Below, one piece after another: positions 7,638 to 16,198 of a DNA stretch of 20,000 nucleotides. The DNA lies in the IMG/VR virus record IMGVR_UViG_3300042863_000355. One strand, written 5' to 3'. The stretch is from an uncultured virus (IMG/VR IMGVR_UViG_3300042863_000355) (Duplodnaviria; Heunggongvirae; Uroviricota; Caudoviricetes). How positions within the stretch are numbered: position 1 is the stretch's first letter; each line of letters begins with the position of its first letter. The position numbers were made by a program, and so were the translations under genes. Under the pieces are notes generated by a model. That model searched no databases. It had not been told where the DNA came from and worked only from the letters and a program-made list of their open reading frames with translations.

Positions 7638-7966
7638 TGATAACAATAACAGAAACAGCAGCAAAGAAAATAATTAGCAACATTGCTAAACGAGGTAGTG
7701 GGCAAGGCATTAAAGTTGGTGTTAAAACAACCGGATGTAGTGGACTTGCGTATGTTCTTGAGTATGTAGATCAAGTTCCATCTTCGTGGGACTGGGTAGA
7801 GTACGATATCGGAGAAGGAGCTAAGGTTTGGGTTACTCAGAAAGATTTAGCTTATATTGACGGACTTGAGATTGATTATGTTCGTAAAGGACTTAACGAA
7901 GGATTTGATTTTATTAATCCTAAAGAAGCAGCCCGTTGCGGTTGCGGAGAGTCATTTACCATTTAA
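7637..7966 (+). CDS. iscA: A-type Fe-S carrier IscA
   Basis: MITITETAA, GVKTTGCSGLAY and CGCGESF. Confidence 0.95.
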   Translation: MITITETAAKKIISNIAKRGSGQGIKVGVKTTGCSGLAYVLEYVDQVPSSWDWVEYDIGEGAKVWVTQKDLAYIDGLEIDYVRKGLNEGFDFINPKEAARCGCGESFTI

Positions 7967-7967
7967 C

Positions 7968-7996
7968 TTGATATTTACGTAATACTAAGTTAAACT
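7968..7996 (+). promoter_or_regulatory. Sigma70-type promoter, probably giving a leaderless mRNA
   Basis: TTGATA (7968-7973), 17 bp, TAAACT (7991-7996). ATG at 8003 with no SD. Confidence 0.6.
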
Positions 7997-8002
7997 AGTG
8001 TA

Positions 8003-8722
8003 ATGTATATACCTAAATTTGATTATAAAGACTTATCACGTACCACTGATGCAACCGGCAAAAGATTATATCAAACCCCAGATGGGCGCCGAGTTCCTTC
8101 AGTAACCACTATTCTTAGTGCTACACAGCCAGAAGAAAAAAAGCAAGCACTACAAAATTGGCGCAAGTCAGTAGGAGTAGAACGAGCTCAGGCTATCACC
8201 ACAGAAGCTGCAAATCGTGGCACTAGGATGCACAAATATCTTGAAGATTACATACGCAATGGAGTAATAAGCGAAAGAGGATCTAACCCGTATAGCTGGG
8301 CAAGTCATAAAATGGCGCAGACTGTTATCGAAGACGGTCTTAAAAATGTCAATGAAATTTGGGGTGTAGAAATTCCCTTATACTTCCCGCAAATGTATGC
8401 TGGTACTACTGACGGATGCGGAATACACATGGGTGACGAAAGCATACTTGACTACAAACAGACAAATAAACCTAAGAAATTAGAGTGGATTGAAGACTAT
8501 TACCTACAGTTAGTAGCTTATGCACTGGCTCATAACGAAGTTTATGGAACAAAAATTCGTAAGGGTGTAGTTTTAATGTGTGTGAAACCCACAGTAGATC
8601 CTGATACTATGGAACCTACAACACGCCCACAATACCAGGAATTTATACTAGAACCTAAAGATTTTGATCACTGGGAACAAGCCTGGTGGAAACGATTAGA
8701 GCTCTACTACACGATTAGCTAA
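8003..8722 (+). CDS. PD-(D/E)XK superfamily exonuclease
   Basis: PSVTTIL, RGTRMH, E...YAGTTD...ILDYKQ and QLVAYA motifs. Confidence 0.88.
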   Translation: MYIPKFDYKDLSRTTDATGKRLYQTPDGRRVPSVTTILSATQPEEKKQALQNWRKSVGVERAQAITTEAANRGTRMHKYLEDYIRNGVISERGSNPYSWASHKMAQTVIEDGLKNVNEIWGVEIPLYFPQMYAGTTDGCGIHMGDESILDYKQTNKPKKLEWIEDYYLQLVAYALAHNEVYGTKIRKGVVLMCVKPTVDPDTMEPTTRPQYQEFILEPKDFDHWEQAWWKRLELYYTIS

Positions 8723-8725
8723 ATA
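8718..8725 (+). promoter_or_regulatory. Putative late promoter GCTAAATA
   Basis: Upstream of SD AAGGA and ATG 8749. Confidence 0.6.
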
Positions 8726-8748
8726 CTTGATATTAAGGAATCAAGTAA

Positions 8749-10788
8749 ATGGCAATCGTCCAAATTTCACAAATCACAAATCGTTTGGGATTAAACATAG
8801 ATTTACCACAACTAGCCGGCGGTGAGTTGGGTTGGTCTACAGACACCCGTGAGCTTTATATAGGTAACGGTACTTTAGCAGAAGGTGCCCCTGTTATTGG
8901 AAATACTGAAATTTTAACAGAGTTTTCGGACATTCTAAATTTAGCTGCCAGTTACACATACAAAGGAACAGCAGCAGGGTACACCGTACAAACTGGGCCT
9001 ACACCCGGTACTCCTGTAACATTAAGTTTACAAAATTGGCTAGATCAATTTGCTTCTGTACTAGATTTTGGAGCAAAGGGCGATGGATTAACTGATGATA
9101 CTGCCGCAATTAATCGTGCGTTATATCAATTATATTGCATACAACCAAATCCGCAGATTCGGCGTAGTTTGTTTTTTCCAGCTGGAGTTTATATTATCTC
9201 TGGCACTATTAATATTCCATCTTATGCTACACTATACGGTGAAGGTCCTGACAATTCCATTATTCAAATGGTAGCAACAGGCAGTGATGTTGGGACTACT
9301 TGTGTAGCACAAACTGCTGATAGCTTACAACAAACCGGAGTTAATATTGGCAATGGTGGGGCTACTCCTCCGACTGACATTAATATTACTAACATGGCTT
9401 TTCAAAGTTTAGATAGTAGTATAGATATATTTTTAGCACAATCAGTTATTAATAGTCAATTCCGTAGTGTTGGATTGTATGGTGCAGGCACTACTTCAAC
9501 GTTAACATCTAGTACAGCTGATACGGTATGTGTACTATTTGAAAGTGCAATGGTAACTACATCAGACATTTTACTTGATGGATGTAGATTTAGTGGTACA
9601 ACATATGGTATTAATACTAACGATATTACAAAAGGTATAACTGTTACTAATAGTAATTTTAATATTTTATATCAAGGAGTAGCATTAGGCACAGGAACTG
9701 TCATTAGTGATGGCCCAACTGGAACTCGTATTAGTACTAATGTGTTTGATAACATTTATAGTTTTGGTATTGCTATCGGAGCAGTATCACTTAATGTAAG
9801 TGGATACAATATTTTTTATGATGTTGCTAATCATTTTGCTGGAACATCAAGCCCGCAACAGTCAGTAATTAGTATAATAGGCAATAATAACGCCAGTGTT
9901 GGTGATATGTTTGAGAGATCAGATGCGTTTGCTGCTCAGTATCCTCGAATATCTTTAGGCACATCAATAAGTATCGCCACAACAAATGGTTCACAAATCC
10001 AACTGGGTTCTAAAACAGTTCAGTCAGGGCTAACAACATCATTGTCAGCAAATACAATAGGCACAGCATGTACTGTTGATACTTCCACTGGTATTTTAAG
10101 TTTTAAAATAGATTATTCAATAGTCCAAAGTGCTACATTATTTAGAACGGGCACAATATTAGTTGCTAAAGGAAGTACACCGTCTATCGGTAATGTAAGT
10201 GGAGCAATTGCAAATGGCAGTGTAGTAACACTGGCATTTTCTTCTGTATCTAACGTTACATTTCCTATAGGCAGCACAATATCAGTAACTGAAATAGATC
10301 CCTCTGGATATAATGGAACGTATATAGTTGCTAGTAATCCTGCTCCTAGTACAAGCTCGGTAAGTTATGCAAGCACTTATGGCGGAGTTACCGTAACTGG
10401 TGCCTCTGGTAATGGAACTGCGGCAACATTGACATTTGCGACAAGAAGTTCTCCTCCATTTTCTATTGGAGAAACAATTGCAGTTACTGGGATTAATCCG
10501 AGTGCGTATAATGGAAATCACGTAGTTACTGCATGTAGCAACTCTACAATACGTTATTCTTCTGCCACTACTGCATCCTATGTAAGCGGAGGATCGTTTA
10601 GTATTCCGTATATCAGCGACGGACTAATCACTCAGTATACTCCTAACTACACAGATGATTATACTGAAAATGCAGATTTAGGTATTATACTATCAGCTGT
10701 GCAAGTGGGGCAGAATGTATCTATACAATATAGTTCTGTAGCAAACGCAGCATCTCAAATGAGTTATTCAATCAGTTATTTTAGCTAA
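8749..10788 (+). CDS. Tail fibre/tailspike-like protein: Mtd_N-like N-terminus, pectate-lyase-3-like beta-helix and two C-terminal beta repeats
   Basis: LPQLAGGELGWSTDTRELYIGNG, then SVLDFGAKGDGLTDDTAAINRAL...FFPAGVY, then Ser/Thr/Asn-rich beta-helix rungs. Confidence 0.8.
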   Translation: MAIVQISQITNRLGLNIDLPQLAGGELGWSTDTRELYIGNGTLAEGAPVIGNTEILTEFSDILNLAASYTYKGTAAGYTVQTGPTPGTPVTLSLQNWLDQFASVLDFGAKGDGLTDDTAAINRALYQLYCIQPNPQIRRSLFFPAGVYIISGTINIPSYATLYGEGPDNSIIQMVATGSDVGTTCVAQTADSLQQTGVNIGNGGATPPTDINITNMAFQSLDSSIDIFLAQSVINSQFRSVGLYGAGTTSTLTSSTADTVCVLFESAMVTTSDILLDGCRFSGTTYGINTNDITKGITVTNSNFNILYQGVALGTGTVISDGPTGTRISTNVFDNIYSFGIAIGAVSLNVSGYNIFYDVANHFAGTSSPQQSVISIIGNNNASVGDMFERSDAFAAQYPRISLGTSISIATTNGSQIQLGSKTVQSGLTTSLSANTIGTACTVDTSTGILSFKIDYSIVQSATLFRTGTILVAKGSTPSIGNVSGAIANGSVVTLAFSSVSNVTFPIGSTISVTEIDPSGYNGTYIVASNPAPSTSSVSYASTYGGVTVTGASGNGTAATLTFATRSSPPFSIGETIAVTGINPSAYNGNHVVTACSNSTIRYSSATTASYVSGGSFSIPYISDGLITQYTPNYTDDYTENADLGIILSAVQVGQNVSIQYSSVANAASQMSYSISYFS

Positions 10789-11198
10789 TGTGGCACAAAG
10801 ATTTTGCTAATAGACTAGGTGCATGGGCTGAACTTCGTAGTCAAGTTCAATCTATGCCGCTAGAACAAGCTCTGCAAACTATCAATACTTGGTGGTATCA
10901 AGCCCCGTGGACTGGATATTATTTGCACTGGGACGATATGCTAACTTGGCCGGATCCATGGCAGCTTTTGAGCGACAACATCTATTGTGATGTTGCTCGT
11001 GGGCTAGGAATCCTGTATACTTTAACTTTATTAGACCATAAAGATTTGACTTCAATAGAGCTAATTTTGACTGAAGACAACCGTAATTTAGTCTTAATTA
11101 ATCAAGAAAAATATACTCTTAATTGGGATACGACAATTATAGTAAATACTCCATTGGTACAAAAAGTTAAACATCGTTTTATAAAGTCTAGTATATAG
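10788..11198 (+). CDS. Phage hypothetical protein, possibly a transglutaminase-like fold
   Basis: TAATG overlap with the upstream gene. Contains WPDPWQLL...YCDVA...YTL. Confidence 0.65.
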   Translation: MWHKDFANRLGAWAELRSQVQSMPLEQALQTINTWWYQAPWTGYYLHWDDMLTWPDPWQLLSDNIYCDVARGLGILYTLTLLDHKDLTSIELILTEDNRNLVLINQEKYTLNWDTTIIVNTPLVQKVKHRFIKSSI

Positions 11199-11233
11199 AA
11201 GTATAAGTATTACACAAAACAAAAAGAGAAAGA

Positions 11234-13561
11234 ATGACACAGATTACAGTTGTAAAACGTAATGGCGATCGGGAGCCACTACAAATAGAAAAATGGCAAG
11301 CACAAATAGCAAAAATTTGTAAGGGTATTGCTGATGTTAGTCAGTCAATGGTTGAAATTAAAGCACAGTTACATTTCTACGACGGCATAACTACAGAAGA
11401 TATTGATGGCATCACACTACGAGCTATTGTAGATTTAATTGATGTAGGATCTAATCCAGATGTTGGGCACACTAATTATCAGTATGTTGCTGGCAAACAG
11501 CGACTATCAATGCTTAGAAAAACAGTATATGGCGCATATGAACCGCCACACTTATATGAAATTGTAAAGAAAAACGTTGCCTCTGGTTTTTATACTCAAG
11601 AGCTACTAGAATGGTATACTGAAGAAGACTGGAATCGAATGAATGATATAATTGATCATTCTAAAGATGAGCAGTATGGCTATGCCGCGATTGAACAACT
11701 TATTGAAAAATATCTTGTTAAAAATCGTTCTACAAAAGAAATTTACGAAACACCACAAGTTCGCTACATTGTAGCTGCGGCTACTGTGTTTCACAAAGAA
11801 GAGCCTGGCTCGGCTCGTATGAAATACATCAAGGAATATTATAATGCGGCGTCTGACGGTCTTTTTACTCTTGCCACTCCTGTTCTGGCCGGGTTGGGAA
11901 CTCCAACTAAACAGTTCAGTAGTTGTGTTCTTATTCGTAGTGATGACAATCTTGATAGCATCTTTGCTTCAGGAGAAATGATGGCCAAGTATGCCGCTAA
12001 AAGAGCCGGCATTGGTCTTGAGATTGGAAGATTACGCCCGCTAGGCGCACCTATACGCGGCGGCGAAGTAACACACACAGGTATGATTCCATTTTTAAAG
12101 AAATGGTTTGGTGATCTTCGTAGTTGTAGTCAAGGCGGTATTAGAAACGCAAGTGCTACAGTTTTTTATCCTATATGGCATTATCAGTTTGATGACCTTA
12201 TTGTTCTAAAAAATAATCAAGGCACTGACGAAACTCGTGTGCGCTTCATGGATTACGGTGTTGTGTTATCAGCATTTTTCTGGAGACGATTTAAGAACAA
12301 AGAAAATATAACCTTCTTTGATCCAAATGAAGTGCCTGATTTGTATGAAGCTTTCTACAGCAATACTGCTAAGTTTGAAGAACTTTATGTCAAGTATGAA
12401 AAGAAGAAAGGGTTAAGAACTAAAACTATGGCTGCTGAAGATGTATTTAAGGGCGGCATATTAAAAGAACGCACAGATACGGGTCGTATCTATCTTATGT
12501 TCACTGACAATGTTCAGAATCAAGGTCCATTTGATCCTGAATTTCATACCATATATCAAAGCAATCTTTGCATGGAGATTTTATTACCAACTCTATCATT
12601 TGCTAGATTAGATGATGAGGAAGGTAGAATTGCATTATGTACTCTTGGTAGTCTTAACTGGGGTGCTTTCCGTAATCCAGAAGATATGCGCCGTGCTGCT
12701 CGCATACTACAGCGTAGTCTATGTAACATTCTTGACTATCAAGATTTTCTAAGCATACAAAGTAAACTAAGCAATGACGAGATACAGCCACTAGGTATTG
12801 GTATTACTAATCTTGCATACTGGCATGCTAAACGCGGATTGAAATATGGCGATGCTGATGCGTTACAAGAAGTTAAAACATGGATGGAACACCAAGCATT
12901 TTATCTAACAGAAGCTACTGTTGAACTAGCCAAAGAGCGTGGTGCATGTACACACAGTAGTAAAACACGATATGGACAAGGTATATTTCCATGGGAACTT
13001 CGTGCTAATGGTGTTAATGATTTAACAGATTTCACTCCTGAATTAGATTGGGAAACATTACGCACCAACATGAAACAATACGGTGTGCGTAATGCTACAC
13101 TAATGGCAGTGGCTCCTGTTGAAAGTAGTTCCGTCGTTATTAACAGTACAAATGGCATCGAAATGCCAATGAGTTTGATTACTGTCAAAGAAAGTAAAGC
13201 AGGAAGTTTAATTCAAGTAGTACCTGAATACAATAGACTTAAAACTAAGTATCAGTTAATGTGGGATCAAAAAGACTGCGTTGGTTATTTGAAAACAGCA
13301 GCAGTTATCGGTGCTTATGCTGATCAAAGTCTTTCAACAAATACAGCTTACAATCCAGCACATTTCGAAGGACGTAAAGTTCCTGCTACCTTAATTGCTA
13401 AAAATTTAATGTTGGCTCATTACTGGGGTTTAAAGACTCTGTATTATAGTCTCATAAATAAGCAAGGATCAAAGTCTAAGTCAGACGGGCCACTTCCAGA
13501 TATGGCACTTGAACAGATTGATTTTGATGATGAAGAATCATGCGAATCCTGTAAACTTTAA
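11234..13561 (+). CDS. nrdA: Ribonucleotide reductase class Ia alpha subunit with ATP-cone
   Basis: VVKRNG ATP-cone, FSSC, SQGGIR, SNLCMEI, ALCTL, APVESSS, KTLYY and C-terminal CESC. TATAAGTA upstream at 11202-11209. Confidence 0.97.
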   Translation: MTQITVVKRNGDREPLQIEKWQAQIAKICKGIADVSQSMVEIKAQLHFYDGITTEDIDGITLRAIVDLIDVGSNPDVGHTNYQYVAGKQRLSMLRKTVYGAYEPPHLYEIVKKNVASGFYTQELLEWYTEEDWNRMNDIIDHSKDEQYGYAAIEQLIEKYLVKNRSTKEIYETPQVRYIVAAATVFHKEEPGSARMKYIKEYYNAASDGLFTLATPVLAGLGTPTKQFSSCVLIRSDDNLDSIFASGEMMAKYAAKRAGIGLEIGRLRPLGAPIRGGEVTHTGMIPFLKKWFGDLRSCSQGGIRNASATVFYPIWHYQFDDLIVLKNNQGTDETRVRFMDYGVVLSAFFWRRFKNKENITFFDPNEVPDLYEAFYSNTAKFEELYVKYEKKKGLRTKTMAAEDVFKGGILKERTDTGRIYLMFTDNVQNQGPFDPEFHTIYQSNLCMEILLPTLSFARLDDEEGRIALCTLGSLNWGAFRNPEDMRRAARILQRSLCNILDYQDFLSIQSKLSNDEIQPLGIGITNLAYWHAKRGLKYGDADALQEVKTWMEHQAFYLTEATVELAKERGACTHSSKTRYGQGIFPWELRANGVNDLTDFTPELDWETLRTNMKQYGVRNATLMAVAPVESSSVVINSTNGIEMPMSLITVKESKAGSLIQVVPEYNRLKTKYQLMWDQKDCVGYLKTAAVIGAYADQSLSTNTAYNPAHFEGRKVPATLIAKNLMLAHYWGLKTLYYSLINKQGSKSKSDGPLPDMALEQIDFDDEESCESCKL

Positions 13562-13570
13562 GGATAGATA

Positions 13571-14221
13571 ATGTTAGAAACAATATGTGATATTATGATA
13601 GATGCTTACAAGCGTAATTGGATTACAAGTCGGGATGGCAATGTTAGTATTCGCCATCATGGGAGAGACCATTTTTATGTTACTCCAACTGGAGTTCGTA
13701 AACAAACTCTTCAACCTGATCAGTTTAAGAAAATTAAAATTAACCAGCATATTCAAAGTGGAGTTGGTACTGCGAAGTTTTCGCATAGTTGGGAAGATAT
13801 GCCGTATACTGATATAAGTACCAACTTGAAACCTAGTGGCGAAATACCCATGCACTTTGGTTTACAGAAAAATATTGATACTGAAGTGCGTGTAATTATG
13901 CACTTTCATCCCACCTATACTACAGCAGCAATGTACGCAGGTATTGACCTACCGAATCTACTCAATGAATTTCCAGAACTAAGTCGGTATACCTCAGTTG
14001 GTCCAACCGTTGGTGTATTACCTCCCATCACCCAAGACTTGGCTGACGCCTGTATAAAGAATATTGGATTCAATGATGATACAGGTGAGATTAAATATAA
14101 TATAATTGGTATGGATAGACACGGCGTTATTGCTGTTGACACAAGCCCATGGCGAGCATATGAGCACATTGAACGACTAGAGCACATTTGTAAGATAGTA
14201 CTTGCATCAAGAAAATATTAA
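13571..14221 (+). CDS. Class II aldolase/adducin family protein
   Basis: DGNVSIR, TPTG, KPSGE..MH, HFHP and RHG metal/catalytic motifs. SD AAGGA. Confidence 0.9.
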   Translation: MLETICDIMIDAYKRNWITSRDGNVSIRHHGRDHFYVTPTGVRKQTLQPDQFKKIKINQHIQSGVGTAKFSHSWEDMPYTDISTNLKPSGEIPMHFGLQKNIDTEVRVIMHFHPTYTTAAMYAGIDLPNLLNEFPELSRYTSVGPTVGVLPPITQDLADACIKNIGFNDDTGEIKYNIIGMDRHGVIAVDTSPWRAYEHIERLEHICKIVLASRKY

Positions 14222-15330
14222 TGAGTAAAGAACAATATAATTTAAGCACCAAGACAGACTATCTTAGTCGTAAAATGTTTCTAGATCCCGCTGGTCCAGT
14301 TACTATACAACGGTTTGAAGAAGTAAAGTATAATAAGTTAACAAAATTTGATGCTGAAGCTAGAGGATTCTTTTGGGTTCCAGAAGAAATTTCCCTAACA
14401 AAAGATGCAGGCGATTTTAAAGACGCTAGTGATACTGTTAAACATATCTTCACTAGTAACTTGTTGCGTCAAACAGCCTTAGATAGTGTACAAGGCCGCG
14501 GCCCCACACAAGTGTTTACACCTGTATGTTCTATTCCCGAACTTGAAGCATTGATGTATAACTGGGGATTCTTTGAAACAAATATCCATAGTCGTTCGTA
14601 TAGTCATATTATTCGCAATATCTATAATGTGCCAAAGGATGTGTTTAACACAATCCATGATACACAAGAAATTATTAGTATGGCGAGTAGTATTGGAAAA
14701 TACTATGACTATCTACATAGATTAAATTGTCGCAAAGAGCTAAATGATAATGGGTATGCAGTTGATGAGCGTGAACATATCAAGGCAATTTGGCTAGCAC
14801 TACATGCTAGCTACGCTCTTGAAGCATTCCGTTTCATGGTATCATTTGCCACAAGTTTAGCAATGGTTGAGAATCGTATCTTTATTGGCAATGGTAATAT
14901 TATCGGGTTAATTTTACAAGACGAAATCTTACACAAAGAGTGGACAGCTTGGATTATCAATCAGGTTGTTAAGGAAGATTCCAGATTTGCCAGTATCAAG
15001 GGTGAATGCGAAGCCGAAGTATATCAAATATACCTAGATGTTATTCGTGAAGAAAAAGAATGGGCGGATTACTTGTTCAACAAGGGTCCAGTCATTGGAC
15101 TTAACGCTAATATTCTTAAAGAATTTGTTGACTTTACTGCGGTAGCAGCACTAAAGGAAATTGGTATCAAGTATCAAGGATCAGCACCAAGAACTACACC
15201 AATCCCATGGTTTAACAAACATGTTAATGTAAGCAATAAACAATCGGCATTACAAGAAACTGAAAGTACAAACTATGTAATTGGTGTTATGAGTGATACA
15301 CTAGACTACGATGAGTTGCCTAGTTTATAA
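14221..15330 (+). CDS. nrdB: Ribonucleotide reductase class Ia beta subunit
   Basis: FFWVPEEI, QTALDSVQGR, ETNIHSRSY, LEAFRF, DEILH and QETE...Y. Confidence 0.97.
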   Translation: MSKEQYNLSTKTDYLSRKMFLDPAGPVTIQRFEEVKYNKLTKFDAEARGFFWVPEEISLTKDAGDFKDASDTVKHIFTSNLLRQTALDSVQGRGPTQVFTPVCSIPELEALMYNWGFFETNIHSRSYSHIIRNIYNVPKDVFNTIHDTQEIISMASSIGKYYDYLHRLNCRKELNDNGYAVDEREHIKAIWLALHASYALEAFRFMVSFATSLAMVENRIFIGNGNIIGLILQDEILHKEWTAWIINQVVKEDSRFASIKGECEAEVYQIYLDVIREEKEWADYLFNKGPVIGLNANILKEFVDFTAVAALKEIGIKYQGSAPRTTPIPWFNKHVNVSNKQSALQETESTNYVIGVMSDTLDYDELPSL

Positions 15331-15334
15331 TTAA

Positions 15335-16198
15335 TTAGAAAGTCTGTTGAACTAGTTTCAACGACTTTTCTTTTTCAGCACCTTTCTGTGTGCCTATTTC
15401 ACCAGACTTAACTGAAATCATAGACGCAAACAAACCTTTAATCCGTTCTCTACTGCGCGGATTTTTAACTCTACTATTAATCGCTGAAACTAATTCAACA
15501 AATTTAAAATCAAAACTCGTCATTCCCAACAACGAATGGACATGAAAGAAATCTGTAGAAGTCCATATTATTTCCCTACTAACTTGTTTATATGTTCCCG
15601 GCTCGTATTGTACTCGTCTTAACTGTAATTCATTGCTGGATAAATTAAATTCGTACTCTTGGTCTTGACCTAATACACCTGGGTCAGAAATATCAAGTCT
15701 ATCAAATAGTTTATCAGCGGAATTTTCTAATATAGCAACTTTTACCAATCCCAGTACTAGGCCTTGAATTGATGCAGGCATATTTAAAAATTTTCTTTTA
15801 AAATTAGCTTCGGCATAATCCCTAGCAATGATGCTATCAATCTGTGCCGAATATCCTAATTCTTTATCATAGTATCTTATAGTTACAATCTCACCTGAGT
15901 TGTATGTACGACGACCTAAATATTTAGGATTGCTGAAGGGTACAATGACATCTTCTGGTTGGTTGTGGAAAAATTCAACTAATGATTTTTTAAGAGTTGT
16001 CTTAGTAAGCACGGTAGGAATAGTTACAATTAAATCTATATCACCAAATGTCTGTTTATCCTTATCAGCGGCATAACTGCCAGTGTAATATAATATATTA
16101 TTTTCACAAAACTGATGAATAAGTTTTGAATAACCTCCGACAAATTGGACATAGTCCTCACGACTTCTGACTCTTTCTGCTCCTGCTACTCCGCTCAT
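15335..16198 (-). CDS. Pol-beta/PolX-like nucleotidyltransferase (NTase B)
   Basis: YTGSY...TFGDIDLIV with a third Asp in AQIDSI. ATGA-coupled to the upstream NTase. Confidence 0.75.
   Translation of the reverse strand: MSGVAGAERVRSREDYVQFVGGYSKLIHQFCENNILYYTGSYAADKDKQTFGDIDLIVTIPTVLTKTTLKKSLVEFFHNQPEDVIVPFSNPKYLGRRTYNSGEIVTIRYYDKELGYSAQIDSIIARDYAEANFKRKFLNMPASIQGLVLGLVKVAILENSADKLFDRLDISDPGVLGQDQEYEFNLSSNELQLRRVQYEPGTYKQVSREIIWTSTDFFHVHSLLGMTSFDFKFVELVSAINSRVKNPRSRERIKGLFASMISVKSGEIGTQKGAEKEKSLKLVQQTF
15339..15375 (+). terminator. Putative intrinsic terminator for nrdB, embedded in the antisense CDS
   Basis: AAAGTC-t-GTTGAA-ctagt-TTCAAC-GACTTT followed by TCTTTTT. Confidence 0.55.

Noticed and set aside
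8749..10788. Diversity-generating retroelement target suggested by the Mtd_N-like start
   Set aside because: No reverse transcriptase or template/variable repeat pair is visible. This N-terminal domain is common in ordinary tail proteins.
11234..15330. Intein, intron or homing endonuclease in nrdA/nrdB
   Set aside because: Both ORFs are of normal length and uninterrupted. The intervening gene is an aldolase.
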